DNA of 64,000 nucleotides from Coniocarpon cinnabarinum (taxonomy: Eukaryota): the NCBI GenBank assembly GCA_051942205.1, contig JAVECO010000033.1:1-64000 (forward strand), given 5' to 3'. The notes beneath the pieces were generated by a model, which had not been told where the DNA came from, did no database searches, and saw nothing but the letters and a program-made list of their open reading frames with translations. The position numbers and the translations under genes are program-made. Each line of letters opens with the position of its first letter. The first letter of the stretch is position 1. Of this stretch, positions 11,013-22,799 are shown piece after piece.

Positions 11013-12827
11013 TTACCGAAAATCGAATGTGTCGCCAGTGCCGTCTTTGAGCATGCGCTTAATACGTCCAGTCCCGACAATTCGTTCTAATGCCAGACCA
11101 TCCCATTTTGAGAAGAGCACTTTGACTGCAGCGTCACTTTGGTGAACTTGTCCAGTGTCAATTGTTTCGCCAAGGTAACCACCCACAAGCTCGCTGTAGA
11201 ACGCGGGGTTTTGAGGGAGTCCGTAGAAATAAATGCGCTTGACGCCCCGGATTGTGAGTCTCCTGAAATGGTGAGCTCGTCCCGTGTACAACAGAACCGA
11301 ATGTTTGCCTGAGAGGAAATGTGATCGTGCTCGCTGTGATCTAGCTGGCTCATCGTATTCAGAGAATGTGCCAAACGAGATATCTTGAGTTGCCGAGTCT
11401 CCTGCAAAATAATTGCGCACGCGCACGAAATCGTAGTAATTTGGTATGAATATCAGTGCCCCAACGCCACCCTCCACAGGTTGCGGCGTCTGTATAATCG
11501 ACGGTACGACAATGCTAGTGAAAAACTTGAATCGCTCTTCAGGATCTGAGGCGGGAGTTTGTGATGGAAGCCTGTGGAAAGTTTGCCGCACTTGAAAGTC
11601 GACGTCCAACATGCTGCCACTATATTCTGGTTGTATCTTGACTTTCCCAGCTATGTTCTGCATCTGCTGGTTGAAGAGGCTATTCAGCTCAGGCGTAATA
11701 TACTGAGACAATATCAAAGTCTGCCGTAAGTATCTCGAATGCCCATCGAGATACCACTGCCTGACACGGCTAAAATCGCAGCCATGGGAATCCTGCGGCT
11801 GTTGATTCAGATGTTCAAAAACAAACTCGACATGCTCCCAATTTTGCATCAGCATGGCATCCGCTTGATCAATGATACAAATCTCGATGCTGCTCAAGAA
11901 ATCACAGTCCATTTTCTTCGGATCGTCGGCCTTGACCGCTCTTCTCAGACCTAAGGGACTCGCAAAAATGATATCCGAATCATAGAAATGCGAATAGAAT
12001 TTGGCCGTCCTTCTTGTAAACTTCATGCCCAAGCGAAAATCGTTGTCATCGTTACCGTCAAAAAGCTCCCGAAAATCTTCGGGCTTTTCTTCACCAAAAT
12101 TGCCCCCCTGTTCTGAGTACGCGTCCTGAAATCGCTTTCTGTTTTCTTGCTGGTCCGAGTCGCTCAGCGGAATAATGGCATCGACCCATCTCACGCACTG
12201 TTGCCGAGTCTCAAGGAGCACCAGAACCTTTGGGCGAGTGAAGCCCTGATCGCGAAAGTCCTTCTCTGGTCTAGAGCTATCGTCGTTAGAGCTAAGCCTA
12301 GCGTTGTTCTTGATGACTCGATCGCGCGTCTTTAAAATGTGATTGAGCAAATGCAACGCCGTCAGCATGCGAAGCTCGGAGGCGTTCTGAACAGTACGAC
12401 CTCCATAAAGCACATCCTGATAGTTGAGAAGCAAAGGAGCGAAGGATGCCTGCAAGGAAGAGAACTTGGGAAGCTGCCTCTGAGCAGGTCCGATCAAGCG
12501 CTTCTTGAGATCAATCGAGCCGATATCTTGCACATAGTCCTCATATTTGCGCTTTTTCGATGAGGCATGATTTGAATGGCTCCTAGTTGTCCTCCCTAAA
12601 GACGGATCTTTCTCAAGCACAGCCTCTGACTGACCTTGTTTGACTGCATCTATACGGCTTCTCAGAACTTCAGTATCAGGTGCGGCAAAATGCTCGTCAA
12701 AGGGTTCCTGGAGTCCTGTCACCATCTTGCTGATTGTAAGATGTGCGAGCAAAAATTTATAGAAAGCTGCCTTAGATTTGAAGCACAATTCCCTTTCGAT
12801 GCACTATTGTGTGATTGTCTTTGCCAT
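11013..12827 (-). CDS. UTP25: U3 snoRNA-associated protein 25 (DEF/UTP25); 5' end uncertain (ATG 12827 with a small intron, or ATG 12725)
   Basis: RDQGFTRPKVL, FYDSDIIFASPLGLR, DFLSSIE...DQADAMLMQNWEHV, HGCDFSRVRQWYLDG, LLYTGRAHHFRR, LERIVG. Confidence 0.9.
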
Positions 12828-12993
12828 TTTCTCTGGGCTTGCAATAATTTTGAAAAAGATTAGAAGATCGAAGGTGATTTAAGGTGCTGCTGAATCGCCG
12901 ACGAAAGCGATCAATGTGGCGTTCTGCTCCTCGCCCCAATTTCAATATCGGACTCTTAACACAAGCTGCCTTTGCGCCAATATTTTGAAATAC

Positions 12994-13003
12994 ATCACGT
13001 GAT
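12994..13003. promoter_or_regulatory. Palindromic E-box ATCACGTGAT (bHLH/Cbf1-type site) upstream of UTP25
   Basis: Perfect 10-bp palindrome matching RTCACGTG about 170-270 bp upstream of the UTP25 start. Confidence 0.35.
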
Positions 13004-13404
13004 ATGCGCATGATTTCTGGGGCTAATGGAACCGGCAGGGTAGTTCAAGGCTCAACATCCGGCAATCTCCCCGGCCCCCCTAGTACACACCTGCCGCTTC
13101 ACTTTTGTTACGAGTGTGTATGATTTTCATCCTTGACAACATAGGGTGCTTTGGGCGCCGACGATGAACGACTCGATGCCGAGCTTAGCCTCAAGTCGCG
13201 CCCATGTAATCACGATCGAAACCTGAGCTGCCATCAGAATGATCGTTGTGTCAACCATACTCTGCTGCAATAGAGCACAATGCCTACCCGAAGAAGTAAG
13301 ACAACTCGTCCTTTTTTGACTGGTCCTATCATTCCATTACAAATAAAGTGAAGGAACATATAGATAGATTGCTTCTTGTCTCGAGCCGTAGCTAATACAA
13401 CAGA

Positions 13405-14197
13405 CTAGTCATCACACCTTGGTTCAGTCCTGGCTACATTAGTAGCCATTCTAGTAAACACCGCCTCTGCTGGTATTCCAAAAGGCCTCATGTCGATCCG
13501 CAGCTCTCCCACGTCATCAAAGCCAAGAATGGCGTAGAAATTCTCGGCATCCGCAGCGGCCTCTAAGTAGGCAGGGCATTTCTCTGTGCGAGCCTTCTCT
13601 ATCCCTAGATGTGAGTGGCGTAAGTAGGGAGGAACCTGCACCCTCAACGGATTAGCTTACCCCATCTGATCATTGCGCTACCTGCACCCCTTCGCCGAAA
13701 AGATTCGCGAACCTTCACGGTTGTCAAGTCTGTGGGTGTTCAGCCTGCAGTCACTCAAGATTAGGCAACTTCTTACACCACTGAGGCCCGTTAACGATCC
13801 ATTCTGGACGTCTCTTGAAAATCTGATCAAGCATTCCCTTGTACAATGGAATGTTTAAGCCTGCAGGATAAGATGCATCGTCGTCTTTTGGTTTCGATCC
13901 TGCATATTCCAAGTCCGAAACCTGATAACGGCAAGGATAGAAATGCCAACGAGCGATACCAAGCATCTCGCCGCTATCAGAGTCGATAGCCTTGATAAAT
14001 TTAGCCGTAGGATCATTCTCGTATGTATCTCTCTGTTGCTGCACACTCCAATTATTACGCACGGCGGCGGCCTGTTCGTTATCAACTAGCATAGACGCGT
14101 CTGCCGCAGGGGCAGAGAGCTGTCCACCTTCTTTGTGAGAGAAACTCTTCATGATCTCAAAGTCAGAAATGTTGACTTCCTCAATGCTGATACCCAT
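13405..14197 (-). CDS. GNAT-family acetyltransferase, 3 exons (14197-13777, 13729-13661, 13604-13405)
   Basis: Spliced product contains KAIDSDSGEMLGIARW, motif A VRESFRRRGAGSAMIRWG and PAYLEA...FYAILGF. Confidence 0.8.
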
Positions 14198-15621
14198 GGC
14201 TGGACGACGGATTGTCAAAGCTCAAACATGGAATGAACAGATTGCATAGGACGTGCGAGCAAAGACAACATGTGAGCAGATGCAGACTTCCTCGAGTACT
14301 TATTTTTCATCAAGTCCAGTAATGCCACAATGCGGCGTAGCAGGACCGAAGGTTTGCTCAGGAAGCTCCAATCACGCTTGAAATGCACGCAATGCACGTA
14401 TGCATCCTAATATATCTGTGGACCCAGTCATCGAAGTTCAATGATTCGAAGCCCCTGTTTCGCCACGTTGAGGAATACGAGATCTGCCAAGCGTTTGTCG
14501 CGAGTGGACTCGCCTACAAATTCCCCAGCACGCAAACCTTCCGTCTGCAACATCCTTAGAAGTCCCTTCAAACAGATTCAGAGAAGCAGCAGCACTGCCT
14601 AAATCCGTTTGAAGGGCGAAAGATGGATTGAGTAGTCGTGAGGTGCTCTGGATGTTGTCTTTTTTCTGCTTTCTCTGCCTTTCTTCAGCAAACAAAAGAC
14701 CAGCATTCTATTCATAAATATTGAGGACGCCAGGAAGGTATTGTTGAAACCGACTTTATTTGGATAAGCATTCTGATCCAGCTCGTAAAAGTACGATTTG
14801 CCTTGCCAAGACACCGTCGCAAGCATTCGTCGTTACATGCTGTAGGAATGAGGCAAAGCTGTCGGCCCGGGTGTTTGCGCGATTTTCCTCTGCACCGAGC
14901 TCGCCGGTCGGTTTACCGGTCAATGATGATCCTACCTGTGCACTTGGCACCTTGCTTCGCTGGACTTTCCTCTCTAATTTGTTTCGCCTTTTGAGAAGCC
15001 GGTCAAACCCTCGTCTTTTTTGATGCAAAGTGGATATCTTTGGGCGTCGAAAGTCCCCGGTGAAGCTCTATCGCGCAATTGTATGGCGAGAAAGGGCGTT
15101 CGGATGCAGTCATGTAAGCTTGCGAGTCCCCACTTGCAAGATGGATCTACCGGTCTGTGCGTCTTGCTGTGCCAACTCCGCACCCGCTTTGTCACATAAT
15201 TTCAATGCGAAATACATCCTTTGACTGCTGATAAGAGGAGCTTTTGAATATGATCCTCAGAACGACGCACCCAAGATAGTCGAGCGACTGTTACGGCTCC
15301 GAAGATTACACTTCATTCTTGGGCCTGTTATCAGAAAGATACGCAAAAATGCCACAAGTGCTTCAAAACGTGTGAGCAAAGAGTGTGAAGCAGAGGTGTC
15401 AGGCGCAAGGGTTGCGTGCATCTCGCCTCACTCCTTATCTACTCAGACACGCAAGTACATGTGCTGATCCGATCTTGTACATACGAACAGTCCTCGCAAG
15501 ACTCAGGAAAAGGGAAGCCTCGCAGATCCCATTAAATAGCAGTAAGAACTGTATTCTGTATCACGATTTGGTTTTCTTTTCGTCCCCCTTTTGCTTTCCC
15601 TTGCTGTTGTATTCTAACATC

Positions 15622-17673
15622 ATGTGGTACGCGCGTGGTCCGATTGCGGCTGCAATCATTTTCTACTTCGCTCTTCTTCTAGAAGGTGCGCCTCTTTACA
15701 GAAGCTCCAAACCGGTAGTCATCGATAAGCAGCGTAACGTCTCATATGTAAGTACGTACTCAAACGGTATCGAACAGTTTCGGAACATCTCCTTTGCCCA
15801 ATCGACAAGCGGCGAAAGTCGTTTCGCACCTCCAGAAGCTTTCGTTCCTGACGTAGGTTCAACAATCAATGCAACCACTGCAGGCCCTTCATGCCCTCAA
15901 AATCTGGGCTCGCACTTCCTCGCCAACATCTCATACGTATCAGGGGATTTTTTGAATCTGCGTATTGCTCGCCCGGCTTGGTCGAGCACGTATGATGCAC
16001 TCCCGGTCACGGTATACCTCTACGGTGGCTCCTCTACCACTGGTATCGTTTATGACGTCTTTATAGACGTGAGTATACCACATGCAAAGCTGAGGCTGTT
16101 TGTAGCTTCGACTGACGATGTTACCAGCCCGTTGGGTTGGTTCAGAGATCACTCGAGAACGGAACCCCAATCATCTATGCTGCAGTGAATTATCGAGTAT
16201 CCAGTAAGGTTCTTGGCTCTCCGCTCTCGAATGAGTCGCCGACAGATATTTCACTTTTCGGCTTCGCTGCATCAAATGCTCTCCGAGCGGCGAAGTCAGA
16301 GAACAATGGCCTACGAGATCAATGCAAAGGCATTCAATGTACCTTCTGCTGCTTTCTTCACGCTCTTGCTTGAGCCAAGCCAACTGAGATTTTGGAAGGG
16401 GTGCACGACAACATTCACATTTTCGGTGGCGACCCAAATCGCATCAGCGCCTTTGGGCAATCTGCACGTGGCACTGATATCGGTTTTCAGATCGTTGGTT
16501 TTGGGAACAGAGAAAGCCTCCCGTTCCGACGCGCCATGTATGTTTCGTATACTGCTTGTCGTGACGCCGTGTTTAGAATGCGATCTGGCACGACTGGCGC
16601 AAACCTCAATACCAATAGCGATGCAAACAAGAATCACACCACTGATTTTGCCGCTCAGCTCAATTGCATGCCTAGAGGAAGGACTTCTGAAGAGGTACTC
16701 GCTTGTCTGCGTGCGGTTCCGTTCCAAGATCTCCTCACCACGGTTTTCGACTATGCGAAGGCACTTTAGCCACCGCTAGGATTCCAGGTCTGGCTGCCGA
16801 CAGTCGATTAAGATTTCCCGCCTGACATCCCTAGTAGGATGCTCGCTGCTGGATATTTCAACCATTCTGTTCAGGTAATTGCCGGCTGGAACGCCAACGA
16901 TGGCTCACTTTTTGGCCGGTGCGGCCAGGAACATCACAGCTGACGCAGACGTCACTGCTGGCTTTGCTGGCTTCTATACAGCTTTCACACAGCCATCACT
17001 TGATCGTCTTCTCGAGTTGTACCCTGAGTCAGACTTTCAATCAAAAGTGAAACCAGATGGTGTTGCGACAGCACAATTCTATCGGGCAAGTTGTATCTTT
17101 CGCGACGTCGTTGCGATTTGCCCTGCTCTTTTCTTCACAGCCGCAATGTCCTCTCACGATCAGCGCAACGTAACGCTAAACGAGCTTAATGCCACCACTC
17201 TTGACCGACCGTGGGCTCTGAACGGCATTGCCGATGCCGACGTGTCTCACTACTCCGACATCCCATATGTCTTTAATGAAGAAGTTGCCAGGGGGGACAA
17301 TTCGCTCCCACAGCGGCTTCTGTCGGCGCAAGTCGCTGGATCATGGTCAGCCCTCGCAGCTGAAGGAGATCCGCAAGCTCCAGGACATCCAAGTGGAGAT
17401 ACGTTGCCCAGTCCGTGGCCACTGGCGTATGCTGGTTCTGCGCCCGCAGTAGTGAACGGTAAACCAAAGGCATTCACCGCTTGTGTCATTGGGGGAGCAT
17501 CACCAGGAGCGGCCACAGGAGAGGAAATGTTTACGTCGAGGGCATCGAGATGCACCGGATCTGCAACAAAGGCTTGCGCAGACGCAGCAAGTTCACATCC
17601 ATCGCTGCGGGACGAAGAGCTCTTTGAGAGATGTGCATTCATTAACGGACTTGCGGGAGAATTCGGTGTATAG
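15622..17673 (+). pseudogene. Secreted type-B carboxylesterase/lipase pseudogene
   Basis: Family motifs RFAPP, AGPSCPQ, NYRVS, GLRDQ, FGGDPNRI and SHYSDI are present, but there are in-frame stops TAG 16767 and TAA 16809, a frameshift near 16910, and degenerate motifs (SGDFLNL, YGGSS, GQSAR). Confidence 0.8.
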
Positions 17674-18316
17674 AGCATACAGAAGACGAGGAGATGGGCT
17701 TGTTACTGTTAAGGAGAATGTTGGAGCATCATAAGCTTTGCCAAGTACACGTTTTCGATATGCTGGCCTGCTGGCATTGCTTCAGCTTTAGCTTCAGCAT
17801 TCTTTCGAAAGCGTTTCGAAGCAAAGCTGGAATCACGCTGTAATTGAGTCACCACTGCAACACATACACGACTACTCCTACTTAGTAGTTTGCGAGGAAC
17901 GACGTCGCATTTCTGCATCCCTCATTACACCGTAAGGAGTTGTGTCAAGGTGATAAGATTGTCGACAAGTGCTTAGCTGTCACGGATGGCGAGCTCCTAT
18001 GACGAAATGATGCTAAATTGAGGTCCCTTAAAGTATTTACAAGATTACGAAAGCTTTGCATATTTGATGGCGGTGTTGTTGGAAAGTTGGCGCACCTCAG
18101 ATACTGAGTTGCTTCGATGTTCGATGCACGTGATATTACGCGCTAGTCCCGCATGTGCGGCGGCGATAAGATTAACGATGGAGTAAAGCCCGAGGACCGG
18201 TAATTTTTGATGTGGATGCGCAGATGGTGTGGTCGCAAGCAATCACGGTCTCGCGCTCCGTTCCTAAGCAAGCGTTTGAACAAGACAACAGTCTCATAAT
18301 AGCATAATTCGTGGTA

Positions 18317-19395
18317 ATGTCCGCAGATACAGACACCTTCTTGCATCTCTCTCGCCCTCTTGGACCTGCACCGGTAGGCGCACAACCCACCACATCGCCG
18401 CTCAATGTCGCAATACAACCGCAGGCCTTGTTCAGTATCCTCGATCACTCCTTACGTCGAAACAAAGATCAAGATCGAGTCATAGGCACGTTGCTTGGCA
18501 CACGCTCCGAAGATGGCACGTCTGTATCCATCGAGAACTGCTATGCAGTGCCCCACACAGAAACGCAAGAGCAGGTGGAAGTAGACATGGACTATCAGAA
18601 GACAATGCTTTCACTACACCTTCGCGCAAATCCGAGAGAGGTCTTAGTCGGCTGGTACGCCACGAGCAGCGAGCTTAACACCTTCAGCGCTTTGATTCAG
18701 AATTTCTACGGGCAGCAAGGTGACGGCACATTCCCGCACCCAGCAGTGCATTTGACGGTCAGCACAGACCCTGGGCAGCCCCCAGAGTCACGAACATACA
18801 TCAGTGCTCCTATTGGAGTGACAGCGGAGCGCGCAGCAGATAGTTGTCTGTTCATTCCTGTGCCACATGAAGTCAAGTACGGAGATGCGGAGAGGAGCGG
18901 CCTGGAGCTCATTAGCAGCGCCAAAGAACGAGATGATCGAACGATCGGCATCGTGAGTGACGTCGAAAGCCTGGAGCGCAATATTGAATATGTGCTTGAG
19001 ATGCTGGAGAGAGTACGCACATACGTCAGCGATGTTTTGGACGAAGAGGAGCGACCGAGTCCTGCTTTAGGACAGTTCTTACTTAATACGTTGAGCCTGG
19101 CACCGAGGGTGGAGGCGGCGGACATCGAGCGAGACTTGTACGTGGTTGCATATGTCAGAAGCTCAGTAAGCTATGCTAACTGTTTTACAGCAACAACCAC
19201 ATCCAAGATGTTCTTATGATCTCATACCTGGCAAGCACGATCCGAACGCAGATTGACCTCTCAAATCGCCTAGCCACAGCTGCACTCACTACTGGCGGCA
19301 CCGAAGGCCAGCAAAACGGAGCGACCGACGGAGCTGGAAAAGGCCAACAGACAGGGCAACGGCAACGAAGAAACACGCAACAGACCAGTATATGA
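18317..19395 (+). CDS. Translation initiation factor eIF3 subunit F (MPN/Mov34), 2 exons (intron about 19138-19190)
   Basis: [15 protein letters not shown]...[26 protein letters not shown]; after splicing [16 protein letters not shown]...QIDLSNRL. Confidence 0.92.
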
Positions 19396-19834
19396 GAAGG
19401 GTTGCACACCGTGTGAGTTGTGCATGCATAAAAGTCAAAAGCGCGGCGTCAGGTGCATGCAGGATCAGGGAATCTCGCCTAGCTCGCGTAGAAAACGAGA
19501 TTTAACCCTTGAGACCAGCAGGATGGGATTCACGTCCGCATTCATTGTTGTGAAGTTTTGCGCATCATCAGGTCCGAGCTACACGAACAGCGACCGTCTC
19601 GCCCCTAAGCACTACCGCAGACGACTCGGTGTCACTCATTTACTAATCCATCGCTTAGTAATGAGGATCAGATCGGGCATTCCGATCGCTTTGGCAAGTC
19701 AGGTTCAGTAAAATTTTAGTAAAGCTGCAGCCAAGTGGATATGTAACGTGAATGCTATAAGGGGCATTGTAGATGGTTAAGTCCAACAGAGGCCCGGACC
19801 TGAAGAAGCAACCTTCTTGACGTCTACATCCGCA

Positions 19835-20602
19835 ATGTCGCCAAGCCTGACTCTATACTGTGCCGATGGCTCTTGTTCACTTGCAGCTCATGCGCTTCTC
19901 GAAATTCTCTCCATCCCTTTCGAAGCTATTAAAATGGCTGGGGGACCAAATGGCGCTGTCCGTGGTGTGTCTCGACACGCACTTATCATGGCTGCTGACC
20001 AAGAGCATTAGCATCCCGTAGATGGCTCCTTCACTGCTGCAGAGTATCGCCGCATCCACCCCGCCGGCTACGTGGCGGCTCTGAAAGTCCGCCAGGACGA
20101 TGCTACGGAGACGGTGATCACCGAGCTCCCTGCGATCCTCTCGTACATCGCCTCTCTTTCGCCAGAGCGCGAGCTCTCGGGTCGTACTCCGCTCGAGGTT
20201 GCACAAGTCATCGAGTGGATAGCCTGGTTGAGTGGGACCTTACATGGACAAGGCTATGGAGCTTTCCTGCGGAACGTTCGCTTCGCTTCAGCTGAGCTCC
20301 CAGGTACCAATGAAGAAACCCTAGCTGTGATCAAAGAGACAGGGCGAAAGAAGGTGCTGTGGTGCTACGACCGAGTCGAAGCGAGGGTTGGAGAGGGTCA
20401 TGCAGCCCATGAAAGATTGACCATAGCAGATTTGCCATTGCTGCCATTTTGGATCTGGGGCCGAAAGCATCTGAGCATAGAAGACATGGCAGCGAGATTC
20501 CCACGCTATACGGCTGTGATTAAAGAGTTGCTGATAGTTCCCGGAGTGAAGGAGGCTGTGGATCAGGAGGGCCACACGGATTGGGTCCGTCAATTGCTCT
20601 AA
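19835..20602 (+). CDS. Glutathione S-transferase (beta-class-like N-terminus), 2 exons
   Basis: LTLYCADGSCSLAAHALL, EYRRIHPAGYVAAL, ITELPAILSYIA, EWIAWLSGTLHGQGYG, LTIADL. Confidence 0.85.
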
Positions 20603-20793
20603 TCATTATGCGACCTTGAGTGTGGAGAATGAAGGACACACTCCACTCTTCAATAACCATTCCCAATGAAGGCTGATGTGTGCAAGCTCATGGCTGACAT
20701 GTATGCATGCAAACCCGTGAATGTCGCCGCGCTGTGCTAATATCTCATGGTTCGTTAGTCGTCTGTCTTATTCATACTCCGTCTTCAAATTTT

Positions 20794-21204
20794 TCAATCC
20801 TTTGGCTCCACCTTTCTCCTCTTTCCCCGTCCAGGCCCTGTTGCTCCTTCCCCATCCTTTTGCGCCTTAACAATCTGTCCTTCATCGACTTCTGCAATCT
20901 TCCTCGCATTCTTAATGTCCTTCTGCATCTGCATCAGTTCCGCGACACGACCAAGCTTCGTTGCGTCGCGACGCAGAACGAATTTGAAATCATCAACCTT
21001 GATCTTTTGCCGATGGCTGTATGAGGCGCATTGTGCTGCGGCATGACACGTCTCAATGATGTAGTCGGTCACAATTTCGTCGAGAACTTTGATGGTATCG
21101 GGAAGTGGTTGCCAGTCATCGCCACCGGCCACAAGAAAGGCAATGAGCTCTTTGTCTTCGAACTGAGGTCCTTTAGGCCGTACTCGTTGGCGAGGCTCGG
21201 TCAT
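20794..21204 (-). CDS. TAF13: TFIID subunit 13 (TFIID-18kDa histone fold)
   Basis: GDDWQPLPDTIKVLDEIVTDYIIETC...KIKVDDFKFVLRRDATKLGRVAEL. Confidence 0.88.
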   Translation of the reverse strand: MTEPRQRVRPKGPQFEDKELIAFLVAGGDDWQPLPDTIKVLDEIVTDYIIETCHAAAQCASYSHRQKIKVDDFKFVLRRDATKLGRVAELMQMQKDIKNARKIAEVDEGQIVKAQKDGEGATGPGRGKRRKVEPKD

Positions 21205-21534
21205 TGCGAAGCAGTGGCAGCTGCTGAGTTGCCGCCAAACGTTTTTACGGAGCTACCTCATTCTTCCAAAAACGGGTAGTTGATGGTAGGTCTGAGTGAA
21301 TTTTTCGAATTTGAGATCGGTTGCAACTGAGTCTAAAGGAGTGGAAGGAGAGATGTAGGTGAGACGTGTAGTTTGATAGGGTCAGTCAACCCTTATGTTT
21401 CTCTTACCTACAACTTCAGTGTGAGATAAACAAGTATTTGAAGCGCATAGGATTTTGGCTTCAGCCTAATTCTTTCCAAGCCGAAGAGACACAGCGGACT
21501 ATGTTTTTCCATCAGTCCAGCATTGGGAGGTAGC

Positions 21535-22752
21535 ATGATGAGTCGTTGTCTTTTTAGCACCTTGACGAGATCATGCGCTCTATCACCTCCAGGTAGTGCG
21601 CGCTATTCGAAAGCCGCTCTTGGTGGCTTAGGGACATGTCAACCCAAACATTTTTCTTCTGCACGAACTAGTGCACTACGGCAGGCTTCATCGCAAGCTT
21701 CATTGGTCTTTAATGGTCCTACGACTCGGTCTCAATCCTCCAAGCCGATTGTAGACGCACAAGAGGCGACGTCTCCCGACTACAAACCACCCACGAATGG
21801 CCTCCTCTCTATTCTACCACCATCTTTTGTTCCATACGCGGAGCTTTCCCGCTATGATAAGCCGGCCGGTTGGATCTACCTTTTCTTCCCGTGCGCCTTC
21901 AGTACGTTTCTAGCAGCGCCTTTGGCGTCTCCAATCCCTCTGCTGTCAACCACGGTCGTGACTACGGTAATGTTCATGACTGGAGCGGTCATCATGCGCG
22001 GCGCAGGCTGTACTATCAACGATCTTTGGGATCGCAACTTTGACCCACTTGTCGCTCGAACTCGCCTTCGGCCTATCGCTCGAGGAGCTGTGAAGCCGTT
22101 TGACGCTCTTGTATACGCAGGCGTCCAGTGCCTTGCTGGCCTCGTGGTACTTTTGCAATTTCCTACGCAATGCCTCTGGTACGGTATTCCGAGCCTGCTG
22201 CTTGTGGGAACATACCCGCTAGCAAAACGCGTAACTCATTACCCTCAGGTTGTTCTAGGTCTGGCATTTTCATGGGGCGCGTTTATGGGGTTCCCAGCGC
22301 TCGGCGTAGACGTTTTGTCGAACACGCCGGCGCTGGCAGCTGCAGCTTGCCTTTACATGAGTTGCGTATCTTGGACGGTCCTATATGATATGATCTATGC
22401 ACACATGGACATCAAAGATGATACAAAAGCTGGTGTCAAGTCAATTGCTTTGCGTCACGAGCAAGAAACGAAACCAGTCCTGAGCGGCCTCATGATTGTC
22501 CAAGTCTCACTGTTGGCAACAGCTGGATGTTTCTCTGGTGCTGGCCCCCTGTTCTACTTGGGCAGCTGTGGTGGAGCAATCGCGACGCTGAGCACCATGA
22601 TTTGGAGGGTCAAGTTGAAAGAAGCTAGTAGCTGCTGGTGGTGGTTTCGCAACGGTTGCCTCTTCACTGGAGGAAGCATTGTAGCAGGGCTGGCTTTGGA
22701 TTACTCAGCTCGGCGTGATGCAGTTCTCAAAGTGGAGAATGGCAAAGGTTGA
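21535..22752 (+). CDS. COQ2: 4-hydroxybenzoate polyprenyltransferase, mitochondrial
   Basis: Arg/Ser-rich presequence; MRGAGCTINDLWDRNFD, YPLAKRVTHYPQVVLG, YDMIYAHMDIKDD. Confidence 0.95.
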   Translation: MMSRCLFSTLTRSCALSPPGSARYSKAALGGLGTCQPKHFSSARTSALRQASSQASLVFNGPTTRSQSSKPIVDAQEATSPDYKPPTNGLLSILPPSFVPYAELSRYDKPAGWIYLFFPCAFSTFLAAPLASPIPLLSTTVVTTVMFMTGAVIMRGAGCTINDLWDRNFDPLVARTRLRPIARGAVKPFDALVYAGVQCLAGLVVLLQFPTQCLWYGIPSLLLVGTYPLAKRVTHYPQVVLGLAFSWGAFMGFPALGVDVLSNTPALAAAACLYMSCVSWTVLYDMIYAHMDIKDDTKAGVKSIALRHEQETKPVLSGLMIVQVSLLATAGCFSGAGPLFYLGSCGGAIATLSTMIWRVKLKEASSCWWWFRNGCLFTGGSIVAGLALDYSARRDAVLKVENGKG

Positions 22753-22799
22753 GCTTTTAGCGACGACCTCGGTCTAACACCCGTGTATCGCAGTGGTGA

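Noticed and set aside
14438..15200. Minus-strand frame with protein-like pieces separated by TAA/TAG/TGA
   Set aside because: Could be a gene relic, but no family is recognisable and the stop density is compatible with non-coding DNA.
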